From: Acidimicrobiia bacterium
GTDB lineage: Bacteria; Actinomycetota; Acidimicrobiia; Spongiisociales; ZC4RG35
NCBI GenBank assembly: GCA_050741915.1
Contig: JBOGEX010000110.1
Location: forward strand, 20,311 to 84,310
Direction: 5' to 3'
DNA: 64,000 nt
Of the stretch, positions 52,529-62,546 are shown in pieces (position 1 is the stretch's first letter; every line of letters begins with the position of its first letter). A model generated the notes under the pieces. It made no database searches and was not told the origin of the DNA. It worked only from the letters and a program-made list of their open reading frames with translations. The position numbers were made by a program, and so were the translations under genes.

Positions 52529-53455
52529 GTGCAACGACTTCTCCTTATCGCCAACCCCGCCTCTTCTCAATTCACCGGTGGCGTCCATCGCAAGGTCTCT
52601 CGGATCCTCAGCAAGCGATTTGCGGTCGATCCGGCGTGGCCACAGTCGGCTGATCATGCCCGCCAGCTCACCGCCCAAGCTGTCGCCGACTCGTATGACG
52701 TCGTCGCGGCCATGGGAGGTGACGGGGTTGTTCATCACATCGGTCAGGCCCTGGCCGGAACCGAGACCGCTTTGGCGGTGATTCCGACCGGGACCACCAA
52801 CGTCTACTCGCGGCTCTATGGGATTCCGGCCAAGCCAACGGCGGCAGCCAAACTCGTGGTGGGCGCTCACGACCGCCGCTGGGAGCCGCTGCTCGAGATC
52901 GAAGGAGTAAACGAAGTGGGGCCGGTAAGCCAGTACGCCCTGTTTGCCGCCGGCTTCGGCTTCGACGCCGAGGTCGTCAAGGCCGCTGAGGGCGAGCCCT
53001 ATCGCAAGTACTGGTTCGGGGGCCTCCATTACGGGCGCAAGGCTGTCGCCACAGTCCTCAGCAAGTACCGCACCCGCAAGCCGAACTTACTCGTCACCGC
53101 CGGAGACCGCCGGGCCGAGGCCGTGGCAGTACTCGCCCAGTTCCATCCGATCTACACCTACTTCGGCAAACTCGCTCTCACTCTTTCGAAGGTGCCACCG
53201 GAGCCTCTCACCCTGCTGGTAGTGGAAGCCATTCCGGCCCGGCGACTGTTTCGGATTGCCGCCAACGTTCTCCTGCGTCGGAACCTGGCCTCGGTCCCGG
53301 GCTTGCGGGTCTGGGAAGGCGTCCAGTCTTTCACCATCACGGCCGATCCTCCCACTGAAGGCCAGGCAGACGGCGAGCTGAGCGGCGCCTGGAAAGAGGT
53401 GGGGGCAACCTGCCGCAGCGGTGCCATGCGGGTAATCGTCCCCCCGTCGACTTAG
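52529..53455 (+). CDS. Diacylglycerol-kinase-family lipid kinase (YegS/BmrU-like)
   Basis: Contains LLLIANPASS, VVAAMGGDGVVHHIGQAL and LAVIPTGTTNVYSRLYGIP. Confidence 0.85.
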   Translation: MQRLLLIANPASSQFTGGVHRKVSRILSKRFAVDPAWPQSADHARQLTAQAVADSYDVVAAMGGDGVVHHIGQALAGTETALAVIPTGTTNVYSRLYGIPAKPTAAAKLVVGAHDRRWEPLLEIEGVNEVGPVSQYALFAAGFGFDAEVVKAAEGEPYRKYWFGGLHYGRKAVATVLSKYRTRKPNLLVTAGDRRAEAVAVLAQFHPIYTYFGKLALTLSKVPPEPLTLLVVEAIPARRLFRIAANVLLRRNLASVPGLRVWEGVQSFTITADPPTEGQADGELSGAWKEVGATCRSGAMRVIVPPST

Positions 53456-54516
53456 CTCCCCTCCCGGAGGCTCACCTCGAGTTCAGTAGCCAGGGCTCGT
53501 GACAATGCCCGCGGTCGGAGACCATCTCGCAAGGCTCGACCCAGAGTCGCGTCGAGGTGCCGGTCGATTTCCTCGCTCGGTTCCGAGATGACGTCGAGGG
53601 AAACTCGCAGCTCAGGTGCTTCGGCCGTCAGGGCGTCGACGAAATCGCCCAGCTCGCGGCGGGCAGCATCCGGTGACCGCTGCCAGTCGATAGCGGCCCG
53701 GGCGCGAGCTGACTCCCATCTTTCGGTGAAACCCACCGGAGCGAGACAGGGAGCGATGAGGTCCAGCACTCGCTTGAGCTCTATTCGCATCCGCTGTTCG
53801 CCGGTGCCGATGCCCTCCGCCTTCCTCGTGATCGTTTCCACCAACTCTTCGATCCCAAACGGAGGACCGGCCGGCGGATCGGCCGCAGTGGCAAGCACCG
53901 CCGGCTCGGCAAAGCCATCGCTTCTGAGGGCCCACTCGAGATCCTCGGTGACCGCTGCGACCTCGCCGTCAACGAGTCGATCGATCTGGTTGAGAACAAA
54001 GACGTAGGAGCCCTCATGGGCTACGAGGGGGCGGAAGAACTGATCGTGGATCACACGGTCGCGATACTTTTCAGGGTCGGTCACCCAAACGACGATATCA
54101 AGGATCGCCAGCATGTCTTCGACCTGATGGCGGTGATCAACTGCCACCGAGTCGACATCGGGGAGGTCGATCAGAGTTAGCGACTCTGGTGTTTCCAGCT
54201 CGACGATGTCTTCGAGTCCCAACTCTTGCCACAGCCCTTCGAGGCGATTGGCGATCGACGGCGGCACGACCACTAGTGGGCGCGAGGTAGTTGGCCGCAT
54301 TGCTCCTGGATCCGAGACCGGCTGGCCCATGATTGCATTGAGAAGACTGGACTTGCCGGAGCCGGTGCTACCGGCCAGCCCCACCACGATTCCGGAGTAG
54401 GCCCGCCGATGGCGCAACTTCTTCGCAGTCACGGCCAGGAGAGTGAACTCATCGGGTGGGAGGTGGTCAGCGGCGCTCGATACCAAACGATCGAGCAAGT
54501 CAAGAAGCTCGATCAC
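53452..54516 (-). CDS. P-loop GTPase (dynamin-like/HSR1-like), paralogue 2
   Basis: The P-loop is VVGLAGSTGSGKSSLLNAIMG. The G2-like segment is MRPTTSRP, the G3 position reads LIDLPDVDS, and G4 is VLNQID. The GTG at 54516 overlaps the stop of paralogue 1 (GTGA). Confidence 0.75.
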   Translation of the reverse strand: MIELLDLLDRLVSSAADHLPPDEFTLLAVTAKKLRHRRAYSGIVVGLAGSTGSGKSSLLNAIMGQPVSDPGAMRPTTSRPLVVVPPSIANRLEGLWQELGLEDIVELETPESLTLIDLPDVDSVAVDHRHQVEDMLAILDIVVWVTDPEKYRDRVIHDQFFRPLVAHEGSYVFVLNQIDRLVDGEVAAVTEDLEWALRSDGFAEPAVLATAADPPAGPPFGIEELVETITRKAEGIGTGEQRMRIELKRVLDLIAPCLAPVGFTERWESARARAAIDWQRSPDAARRELGDFVDALTAEAPELRVSLDVISEPSEEIDRHLDATLGRALRDGLRPRALSRALATELEVSLREGS

Positions 54517-55658
54517 GACTCTTCGAAACTGGCGTCCAATATCGCTTGCCACCCGGTCTCCAACGAATCGATTAAGGCGGCATCCGGAAGAGGGCGCAAG
54601 GCGAGCTCGGTGGCGATGACCTGCTCGGCAACGATCGAATAGGGAGGCAGCGACTCCCGGAGAATCTCGGTCGACCGCGGCGATAGGGCGGCGTTTCCCA
54701 GTGCCTCGCGCACCCGTTCCTCGATTCGGTCTCGAAGATCGGTCTGGACTCCCGCCTTCCGAAACCGCCACCGAGGAACCTTGTGGTTGGAAGTGATGTC
54801 GGCCAGCTCGGCGGCCGCTTTCTCCAACGCCCTTCTCTCGTCCAGGCTCTGTTGTTGGGAGGCACCCAAGCCAGCCCGCAAGGGGGCCACTAGCGCCGCC
54901 ACCCTGTCCGAGGCCTGGTCCATGGCCTCCTCCCGGACCACTTCGCTCAGGTCGCGGAGAAACCCGGCCAACCGTTGCACAGATTGCCGACTGAGACGCT
55001 TGCGAAGTGGATCGATCCGTTGCTCGGAGATGGTGAAGACTCTCAGGTGCTCGAGGCCAGCTTTCCGGAGGCGGGCGAGGAGGTCGTTGCGAGCCCCAGC
55101 GGAGCGGGGGGGCACCCTGTTAAGCACGATCGCCACTGGCCGGCTGCGAACGAGCATCTCGAGTGTCGTCCAGACGAGTTGGTCTCCATACCGGGCTGCA
55201 GTCGTGACGAACAAGATGAAGTCGGCCGCCTGTGAAACCGCCAATGCTTCCGCACGATGCTCGATGAGATCGGAGTCGAGATCGGGGGTATCCACCAGGG
55301 CGAGACGGTCGAGCAGAGGATGATCCCCCACCAAGACCGGCCCCAGATGAGCCAGGTTCTCGGCGGCAGCTTCTTCTGCCCAAACCCGCGCCCGCTTGGT
55401 GGTTGGCCTGAGCACTCCCGGCATCGAGACGACTTCGCCAGCGAGTGAGTTCAATAGGGTCGACTTCCCGGCGCCCGTCGAACCCACCAGGGCGACTATC
55501 AGTGGTGGCGAGTCCTTGATACGAGGTAGGAGATAATTGTCGAGGATCGATACGGCTTCGTCCCGGGCCGGACGCATAATCTCATCGAGGGCAATCGAGG
55601 AGAGGGTGGAGGACAGAAGCGATAGATCGCCGTACAAACGGGTCTGCCTCCGAGTCAC
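54513..55658 (-). CDS. P-loop GTPase (dynamin-like/HSR1-like), paralogue 1
   Basis: IVALVGSTGAGKSTLLNSLAG, LRPTTKRA, LVDTPDLDS and IVLNRVP, followed by a helical C-terminal half. Confidence 0.75.
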   Translation of the reverse strand: MTRRQTRLYGDLSLLSSTLSSIALDEIMRPARDEAVSILDNYLLPRIKDSPPLIVALVGSTGAGKSTLLNSLAGEVVSMPGVLRPTTKRARVWAEEAAAENLAHLGPVLVGDHPLLDRLALVDTPDLDSDLIEHRAEALAVSQAADFILFVTTAARYGDQLVWTTLEMLVRSRPVAIVLNRVPPRSAGARNDLLARLRKAGLEHLRVFTISEQRIDPLRKRLSRQSVQRLAGFLRDLSEVVREEAMDQASDRVAALVAPLRAGLGASQQQSLDERRALEKAAAELADITSNHKVPRWRFRKAGVQTDLRDRIEERVREALGNAALSPRSTEILRESLPPYSIVAEQVIATELALRPLPDAALIDSLETGWQAILDASFEES

Positions 55659-55679
55659 GATGGAGACGCTAACGGCGGG

Positions 55680-56423
55680 TCAGTTGTTTATCGCCAGGGC
55701 CGCTTGCCCCTCCGGACACTCCTCCCACAGAGGGCAGTACCGACACCAGGGACCGGCCCGTCGCTCAGCTTCGATGGATCTGCGGACGAAGTTCACGAGA
55801 TCGGCCACTCTCGTGGCGACAGCCGCTAGCGTCGAGACCGTGGGCCTGTCTGTGAGGCTTTCGCCGGTTTGCAGCGAGATCGCTTCGACCCGAGGAAGCG
55901 TTCCTTCCTCCAGACACCAAACCAGCGCGTAGAAGAGAAGCTGTTCGAGCGGATCGCCCAACGGCCCGGTCTTCCAATCGCGCAAGAGCGGTCCCGCAAA
56001 CACGGCGTCGATCTGTCCCACCAGGGTGACGTCGTCAGTGACTTCATGCTGGAGACTGACTTCGGCTCTTTCAAACCCGTCGACCGGCAACTTGACAAAG
56101 CGTCGGTAGAGATCACTCGCCTCCGAAATGACCGGCGAAAGGAGCGACGGCCGGTTAAGCCCAGCGGCCGCGATCTTGTTGTTGAGAGTGGTGCTGCCTA
56201 TTACCTCGCGAGCAGTTTGCTCGGGGTCGTCAATCGGTCCGTTCTGGAGGTGACGTGCGATCAATCCATGAGTGAGGCCACCGCGGAAGGACGCCTTCGA
56301 TTCCTTCGGATAACGACCACGAAAACGCCCGAGCCCTTGTGCTGGGCAGCGCCGATAGGCGATGTAAGTAGTGGCCGAAACCGAGATCGGGTCGCCCGGT
56401 TGCATCGGTGGAAACTCAATCAC
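55680..56423 (-). CDS. Cas4/AddB-like PD-(D/E)XK nuclease with 4-Cys (Fe-S) cluster signature
   Basis: The N-terminal Cys lies in YRRCPAQG. The catalytic motifs are GQIDAV ... RDWKTG (D...DxK). The C-terminus has CRYCPLWEEC (CxxCx5C). The gene ends 21 nt upstream of GTPase paralogue 1. Confidence 0.75.
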   Translation of the reverse strand: MIEFPPMQPGDPISVSATTYIAYRRCPAQGLGRFRGRYPKESKASFRGGLTHGLIARHLQNGPIDDPEQTAREVIGSTTLNNKIAAAGLNRPSLLSPVISEASDLYRRFVKLPVDGFERAEVSLQHEVTDDVTLVGQIDAVFAGPLLRDWKTGPLGDPLEQLLFYALVWCLEEGTLPRVEAISLQTGESLTDRPTVSTLAAVATRVADLVNFVRRSIEAERRAGPWCRYCPLWEECPEGQAALAINN

Positions 56424-56503
56424 CTGCGCATCGTACGAGGCGAGGCTGTCAGAAGACCAGAACCCTCTAGACTCCCGAGACGTCTCAGGGGGAAACCCAA
56501 TAC

Positions 56504-58441
56504 ATGCCTTCCAACGCGCCCGCGCCAGCCGTCACTGCCCCCTCCTCGGTTGGCACCCTCCCAAATCGTCCCCGCCTTCTCTGGGTTCTCGGCGGCCTTT
56601 TCTTGGCCGTGCTCATTGCCTATGGCGGGACTCGGCTGCTATCGACGGGCGAGGTAATGGGCTCGGTCACGGCCGATCAAATCGAACTCGGCGGGCTGTC
56701 GCCGGGGGCAGCGGCAGACACCCTGGTGGGCCTCGAGGACAGCCTGGGCAATACACCGGCGGAGTTCACGATCCTCGATCGCTCCCTGCTCCTGGCCCCA
56801 GAGTCGGTGGGATTCGACCTCAACGAAGAGGCGATGGTGCAAAGCGCGATGAAGGTCGGACGAAGTGGCAATCCCTTCGGCGAATTCGCGTGGTGGATGA
56901 CCCATCTCTTCTCCTCTACTCCAATTCCGTTGAGTGCCACCCTCGATCCGGGTGCCCTCGAGCTGGTGCTCTCCGCCTGGGATACCGAAGTCATCGGAAA
57001 CCCACCGTTTCCAGGAAGCGTCGTCGTCGCAGGGACCGAGGTCGTCGGCGAGTACCCGCGGGCCGGCCAAGAGATCGATCGCAACGTCGCTCCCGACATC
57101 ATCCTGGCCCAAGCTTCGACCAGTGACCGCAGGTCTACCCCCCTTCCGGTGACGGAGATGGCACCGAGCCTCACCAACAGCGACATCGACGCCGCCGTGC
57201 GCGAGGGCGAGTTGCTTTTGGCCGGACCCGTGACTCTCACCAATCGGGAGCGGGAAAAGCAGGTGAGCTTTTCGGTGCAGGAGCTGGCAGATGCTCTCGT
57301 CCCCGATCTCGGGATCGACGAGATCACATTTGGCTTTGATCCCCAAGTGGTCAGTTCGTATCTCGAGCCGCTGCGGGCTGACCTGGAACAGGCGCCGATC
57401 AACGCCGAGTTGTCGGTGGACGGGGACTATGTAACGGTGATCCCCGGAGTCCGCGGGACCGTGGTCAACCCGGAGGCGACGGCCGAGAGCCTGTTCAGGG
57501 CGGCGAGTTCGGCGTCTCGCGCCGGTCCGCTTCCGATCGACGAGTCGGTCGATCCCGAGGTAACCACCACCGAGCTCGAAGCGCTCAACATCAATCACAA
57601 GGTCAGCCAATTCACGACCTATCACGATTGCTGCCAGAACCGGGTGACCAACATCCACTCGATTGCCGACAAGGTGAACAACACGATCATCGAGGCGGGC
57701 GAGGAATTCTCACTCAACGAGGCGGTGGGTCAGCGCACGGCCGAAGACGGTTACCTCGAAGATGGGGCAATCATCGGCGGACGGCTTGAGAACGCGATCG
57801 GCGGTGGGGTCAGCCAATTCGCCACGACGTTCTACAACGCTGTCTTCTGGGGTGGGTTTGAGGACATCGCCCACAAGCCCCACAGCTTTTACTTCAGCCG
57901 TTATCCCCTCGGAATCGAAGCGACCATTTCCTGGCCGCTCCCCGACGTCCGCTTCCGCAACAACACCGACAGCGCCATCCTCATCCGCACGTTCTACAGT
58001 CGCACTTCGATCTCGGTCGCCTTCTACAGCGACAATGACGGACGGATCCTGGTTGGTGAACAGAGTGGGGGTGAGCTACGGGTGTTTGCCGCTACCGAAG
58101 GCGGTGAGAATGCCCGCCGGGTATCGGCTGACGTCACCGAACCCACCAACTACCGGGACCCGCCTCCCCCCCGCTATATCGGTGATCCAGCCATCGTCCC
58201 TCCCGAACAGAAGGAGGATCAATCTCCGGCCCGCGGCTACACCGTAGGAGTCACTCGTTTTATCACCGTCGGCGACCAAACCCGAGAAGACCACTGGACT
58301 GTGGTTTATTCGCCCCGCCAGCAGATCATCCTCGTCCATCCCTGCCAGATCGAGGGCTCAGGGGTGTCGTGCCCCTCCACGACCACCGCCCCACCGGTCA
58401 CGACTGCGCCGACGGCTCCTCCAACGACTGCGGCTCCGTAA
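56504..58441 (+). CDS. VanW-family protein with N-terminal TM anchor
   Basis: The VanW core is EFSLNEAVGQRTAEDGYLEDGAIIGG...GGGVSQFATTFYNAVFWGG. The TM segment is LLWVLGGLFLAVLIAYGG. The C-terminal tail is Thr/Pro-rich. Confidence 0.8.
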   Translation: MPSNAPAPAVTAPSSVGTLPNRPRLLWVLGGLFLAVLIAYGGTRLLSTGEVMGSVTADQIELGGLSPGAAADTLVGLEDSLGNTPAEFTILDRSLLLAPESVGFDLNEEAMVQSAMKVGRSGNPFGEFAWWMTHLFSSTPIPLSATLDPGALELVLSAWDTEVIGNPPFPGSVVVAGTEVVGEYPRAGQEIDRNVAPDIILAQASTSDRRSTPLPVTEMAPSLTNSDIDAAVREGELLLAGPVTLTNREREKQVSFSVQELADALVPDLGIDEITFGFDPQVVSSYLEPLRADLEQAPINAELSVDGDYVTVIPGVRGTVVNPEATAESLFRAASSASRAGPLPIDESVDPEVTTTELEALNINHKVSQFTTYHDCCQNRVTNIHSIADKVNNTIIEAGEEFSLNEAVGQRTAEDGYLEDGAIIGGRLENAIGGGVSQFATTFYNAVFWGGFEDIAHKPHSFYFSRYPLGIEATISWPLPDVRFRNNTDSAILIRTFYSRTSISVAFYSDNDGRILVGEQSGGELRVFAATEGGENARRVSADVTEPTNYRDPPPPRYIGDPAIVPPEQKEDQSPARGYTVGVTRFITVGDQTREDHWTVVYSPRQQIILVHPCQIEGSGVSCPSTTTAPPVTTAPTAPPTTAAP

Positions 58442-58736
58442 GCGGCTCGGCGTAGAAGCGAAAGAAGCCCGAGACCACTGCCGCCGCGCCGTCGATGGCT
58501 GCGGTATCCCAACCGCCGGGACGTCGCATCGAGACCGTATTCGACATCACGTAGACATGGTCGATGCCCAAATCGGCCTCGAAAAGGCGGGCAGCCAGTT
58601 GGGCCGGAAAGGTCTCGCGCTCAGCCGAAGCCTCAGAGAACGCCTCACCATCCTGGCCCGACCAAGAGCGATCGGCCGAGATGATGAGATTTTCCCCTAG
58701 CTCCGTCTTATCAAGGACCTCGATCGTCTGACCCAC
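58398..58736 (-). CDS. Possible Nfu/NifU N-terminal-like domain protein
   Basis: FPAQLAARLFEADLGIDHVYVMSNTVSMRRPGGWD resembles the Nfu_N pattern (PLA..LF...GV..V....dfitV.k...W). I chose the GTG start at 58736 to avoid pyk. The 3' end overlaps the convergent VanW gene by 44 nt. Confidence 0.4.
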   Translation of the reverse strand: MGQTIEVLDKTELGENLIISADRSWSGQDGEAFSEASAERETFPAQLAARLFEADLGIDHVYVMSNTVSMRRPGGWDTAAIDGAAAVVSGFFRFYAEPLTEPQSLEEPSAQS

Positions 58737-58821
58737 CAAGCGATAGTACCGGGCCCATTGCGAACCCAGGGTTGTAGACGTCGTCCAACAACGTCTACAG
58801 CCCAGAGACCGAGTCGACCGG

Positions 58822-60291
58822 CTAGCGGGAGCCGCCTTCGGGTGAACTGCGGCCGGTTCGCTGGGACTGCACACCCTCGGAACGCTCGCCGATCATGTGG
58901 ACTTTGAGCAAGTTGGTCGACGCCTGACGGTTGGGTGGAATGCCGGCCACCATCACGACCGTGTCGCCCCGTTTGCAGAGCTTCTCCTTCTCGAGGAACT
59001 TCTCGGCGGCAGCGATCATGTGATCGGTGTAGTCGCGTCGGTCGAACGGATAGGCAACGACGCCCCGATAGAGAGCCATTCTTCGTCTGGTCGACTCGAA
59101 CGGCGTGAACCCGACGATGCGAGCCGCCGGCCGATACTTGGAAAGCAGTCGGGCCGTCGAACCCGACTCGGTGAAAGCGACGATGGTGTCGATCGAAAGG
59201 TTGGCCGCGCAGTCCACCGCGGCCTGCGCCACCGCCGAGGCAACCGCCGCCTGCTGGGTCAGATACGAGTGGACGGCCGTGTTCTGGGAAGTCTCCGACT
59301 CGACCGTCGCACAAATTCGGGCCATGAACTCGACCGCCTCCCGGGGATGGATCCCGGCCGCAGTCTCTGCCGACAGCATGACCGCATCGGTACCAGCGAG
59401 AACGGCGTTGGCGACATCGGTCACCTCTGCTCGCGTCGGGCGGGTGGAGTGGGTCATCGACTCCAGCATCTCTGTAGCGGTAATTGTCACTACCCCGGCC
59501 TCGTTGGCGCGTCGAAGAATGTCGGCCTGGATCAAAGGGATTCGCTCTAAGGGGAGCTGCACCCCGAGGTCTCCCCGGGCGACCATGATTCCTGCCGCCT
59601 CCGTGAGAATCTCGTCGAGATTGGCGTAGGCCGAGGCCAGTTCGATCTTGGCGATAATGGGAACATCGCCAGCCAGATCCCGCACCCGGCGGATGTCGGC
59701 AGCACTGCGGACGAAAGAGGCGGCAACCCAATCGACCTCGAGCACCTTCCCATAGGCGAGGTCGACCTCATCCTTTTCGGTGATCGCCGGCATCCGTAGG
59801 TTGGAGGCGGGAAACGCCACCCCTTTCCCATTGCCCAGGAGTCCGCCGACCACCACCCGAGCCTCGATGTGATCGGTCGCCTTCCGCGTAGCCACCAATC
59901 GAATCAGACCATCGGCCAGCACCAACTCCTCCCCCACCTCCACGTCCTCGAGCAGGTAGGGGTAGTCGAGGTAGATGACATCGGGCTCGGTCGAGAGGCT
60001 CCTCCCTTCAAAACAGCGCACCGTCTGGCCGGTGGTCAATACCAACGAGCCCTCCGGGAAGGTCCCAACCCGTAGTTTCGGCCCCTGGATGTCCTGGAGG
60101 ATGGCGACATTGCGCCCGGCTTGGTCTGCCGCCTCTCGAACCCAGTCTGCAAACTGACGGTGGAGCTCGTGATCGCCGTGAGAAAAGTTGAGGCGAGCAA
60201 CATCGATGCCTGCCTCGATCAGGCTTCGCACCCCTTCGGCCGAGGCGACCGATGGACCCATGGTGGCGACGATCTTGGTGTAGCGCTCCAC
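58822..60291 (-). CDS. pyk: Pyruvate kinase
   Basis: ERYTKIVATMGPS...ARLNFSHG...IIAKIE...MVARGDLG. The start is GTG. Confidence 0.9.
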   Translation of the reverse strand: MERYTKIVATMGPSVASAEGVRSLIEAGIDVARLNFSHGDHELHRQFADWVREAADQAGRNVAILQDIQGPKLRVGTFPEGSLVLTTGQTVRCFEGRSLSTEPDVIYLDYPYLLEDVEVGEELVLADGLIRLVATRKATDHIEARVVVGGLLGNGKGVAFPASNLRMPAITEKDEVDLAYGKVLEVDWVAASFVRSAADIRRVRDLAGDVPIIAKIELASAYANLDEILTEAAGIMVARGDLGVQLPLERIPLIQADILRRANEAGVVTITATEMLESMTHSTRPTRAEVTDVANAVLAGTDAVMLSAETAAGIHPREAVEFMARICATVESETSQNTAVHSYLTQQAAVASAVAQAAVDCAANLSIDTIVAFTESGSTARLLSKYRPAARIVGFTPFESTRRRMALYRGVVAYPFDRRDYTDHMIAAAEKFLEKEKLCKRGDTVVMVAGIPPNRQASTNLLKVHMIGERSEGVQSQRTGRSSPEGGSR

Positions 60292-60330
60292 CAGAAGAAT
60301 GTAGCGCCCGGCCGGGTCTCGCCTCGACGG

Positions 60331-60448
60331 GCCCCCCTTTTCGCTTCACTCGGGTACTTTCCCTCCGGGGGGAGAAACGCGTGATCTGTTTCCTCCCCCG
60401 GCGAGCGAAAAGCGTTGGGGGAGGTGTCGCCGCAGGCGACGGAGGGGG
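60331..60448. repeat. C-tract/G-tract repeat locus E3 (two back-to-back modules in the pyk/ccmA divergent region)
   Basis: Plus strand: GTTTCCTCCCCC-ggcgagcgaaaagcgtt-GGGGGAGG-TG-TCGCC-GCA-GGCGA-C-GGAGGGGG-cATG (ccmA). Minus strand: GTTTCTCCCCCCGGAGGGAAAGTACC... reading toward pyk. Confidence 0.8.
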
Positions 60449-60449
60449 C

Positions 60450-61121
60450 ATGGTCCTCGCAGCCGGTGCCCATACACTCCCGGCCGTGGAACCCCTCGTT
60501 TTGTTGCGTGATGTCGCGCTCTTTGCGTCGTCGGTGACGATTCTCGAGCCGATCTCGCTCAGCATCTCCTCCGGTGAAGCAATCGGAATCGTCGGGCCCA
60601 ACGGCTCGGGAAAGAGCACTTTGCTGCGCATCCTCGCCACCCTCGCCTCCCCCAGCGAGGGCGCCGGCGCGGTCCTCGGGGCGACCCTGGGCAGCCGGGA
60701 GGTTCTCGGGGTCCGTCACCGGATCGGTCTGGTCGGCCACCTCCCTGCCCTAACGCCGTCGCTGACCCTGCACGAGAACCTTTCCTTCTACGCCCGCCTG
60801 GCCGGGATCGGCGCCGACCGAGTCGGGACGGCGTTGGAGGCGGTGGGGTTGGCCTCGGCCCAACATCGCCAGGCGGTCGACTGCTCGGCGGGGATGAAAA
60901 AAAGGGCCGATCTCGCCCGCCTCGTTCTCGACCCTGCCGAGCTACTCCTTCTCGACGAGCCGACGGACACCCTCGATCGAAGCGCCCGCTCCCTGGTTGA
61001 TCACCTCGTCCTGACCACCATCAGGTCGGGAGGGGCCGCGATCGTCGTGTCCCACGACCGCACCAACCTCGTCGAATGGATTCATCGAATCCATTCGCTC
61101 GAGAACGGACGGTTGAGGTGA
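60450..61121 (+). CDS. ccmA: Heme exporter ATP-binding protein CcmA
   Basis: The P-loop is GIVGPNGSGKSTLLRIL, the signature motif reads CSAGMKKRADLARL, and the Walker B is LLLLDEP. The ATG at 60450 is preceded by GGAGGGGG. Confidence 0.85.
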   Translation: MVLAAGAHTLPAVEPLVLLRDVALFASSVTILEPISLSISSGEAIGIVGPNGSGKSTLLRILATLASPSEGAGAVLGATLGSREVLGVRHRIGLVGHLPALTPSLTLHENLSFYARLAGIGADRVGTALEAVGLASAQHRQAVDCSAGMKKRADLARLVLDPAELLLLDEPTDTLDRSARSLVDHLVLTTIRSGGAAIVVSHDRTNLVEWIHRIHSLENGRLR

Positions 61122-61810
61122 CGAGGTTCTGGATGCAGGCGAGGGTCATTGCCCAGAATGATCTGCTCGTCGACCGCCGGGCAGGAGAGACGTTCGGTTT
61201 GGTCGTTCCCTTCGCGTTGGCGGCATTGATCACCATTCCGTTGGCGGTCGGCATCGACCAGCCCACGATCTCTCGATTGGGGTTGCCGGCCTTTTGGGTA
61301 GTCACGCTTCTTTTTGGAATGCAGATCGCCTGGCGACAGGTGGCCGGCTCGGAACGGGCGGTGCACGACCAGATACGTCTCTCCGGCGTCGACCCGGCCG
61401 CGGGCTTCGCCGGCCGCGCCATTGCCAACTTCGCCCTCCTCGTGGGATTCATGCTGGTGAGCCTTCTCCTCGCGATCCTCCTTTATTCGCCCGCCCCGAT
61501 CGTACGCTGGTTGGCATTCGGAACTGCCCTCGTTCTCTTCGCGATCGGGTTGTCGGTGATCTCGACTTTGATAGCCGACCTCACACTTGGCCTGTCGGTG
61601 CGCTCGGGTTTGGCGCCTCTCCTCGTTGTTCCCCTCTCTCTCCCGCTGCTCCTAGCTGGTTCGCAGGTGGGCCAGTTGGCCAGTGCTGAAGCGGCGATAT
61701 CACGACCCGGAGGTATCCTGGCCTGGCTCCTGGTGCTGCTTCTAGTCGACCTGATCGGAGTCATCGCCGGAGTCCTGTCAGCTCGACCGCTCGAGGAGAC
61801 TCTCGGATGA
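61118..61810 (+). CDS. ccmB: Heme exporter membrane protein CcmB
   Basis: A polytopic membrane protein immediately after ccmA, joined by a GTGA overlap. Confidence 0.75.
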   Translation: MTRFWMQARVIAQNDLLVDRRAGETFGLVVPFALAALITIPLAVGIDQPTISRLGLPAFWVVTLLFGMQIAWRQVAGSERAVHDQIRLSGVDPAAGFAGRAIANFALLVGFMLVSLLLAILLYSPAPIVRWLAFGTALVLFAIGLSVISTLIADLTLGLSVRSGLAPLLVVPLSLPLLLAGSQVGQLASAEAAISRPGGILAWLLVLLLVDLIGVIAGVLSARPLEETLG

Positions 61811-61841
61811 GGCCTTGTCAGCAAGCGAAGACGTCTGAACC

Positions 61842-62546
61842 GTGAAGGGACTGAAACTGCTCTATGCAGTGACCTTCGTCGTCGCAGTGGCGGGCGCAGT
61901 TCTCGCCCTGTCGACGCCTCCGGAAGCAGTGCAACGGACGTATGCCCGCATTCTTCACATCCATGTTCCCTCGGCTTGGTTGGCCTTTCTCGCCTTCGGC
62001 GCCACCGCGTTGGGATCGGTCATGTGGCGGCTCCGGCGGCGAATCCTCTGGGACCGCCTGGCCGCCTCGTCCGCGGAGATCGGGGTTCTCTTCACCGGAG
62101 TGGCCCTTCTTACCGGGGCGATCTGGGGAAGGCCGGTATGGGGAGTCTTCTTCGACTGGGGCGACGCCCGCATGGCATCGACGGCGGTGATGTTCTTGGT
62201 CTATCTCGGCTACCTCGCCCTCCGTCGCTTCTCGCCGAACCCGGAGGCGGCCGCCGATCGTGCCTCGATTCTCGGCATCGTCGCTGTAGTCCAGGTTCCT
62301 TTGGTGTATTTCTCCGTGAATCTCTTTCGAACGCTTCACCAAACCCAGAGCATTCGCCTCGACGGCGCCACGATGGACCCATCGATGGTCGCCGCTTTGC
62401 TCGTCAATTTGGCCGCTTTCACTCTCATCTACTTCTCGTTCTTGGCCGCTCGAATGACCATTGCCCGCGAGGAGGGCGAACTCGTCGCCACCCGACAGGT
62501 GGCAGGAGCAGCGGTGATCTCACCCCCCGGCTTCAACGATGCCTGA
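61842..62546 (+). CDS. ccmC: Heme exporter protein CcmC
   Basis: Trp-rich motif WGRPVWGVFFDWGDARM, with flanking His residues. Confidence 0.85.
   Translation: MKGLKLLYAVTFVVAVAGAVLALSTPPEAVQRTYARILHIHVPSAWLAFLAFGATALGSVMWRLRRRILWDRLAASSAEIGVLFTGVALLTGAIWGRPVWGVFFDWGDARMASTAVMFLVYLGYLALRRFSPNPEAAADRASILGIVAVVQVPLVYFSVNLFRTLHQTQSIRLDGATMDPSMVAALLVNLAAFTLIYFSFLAARMTIAREEGELVATRQVAGAAVISPPGFNDA

Noticed and set aside
60252-60449. Longer ccmA ORF starting at 60252
   Set aside because: The extension overlaps the pyk start on the opposite strand and runs through repeat locus E3. The ABC-ATPase homology begins after the ATG at 60450, which has a GGAGGGGG SD.
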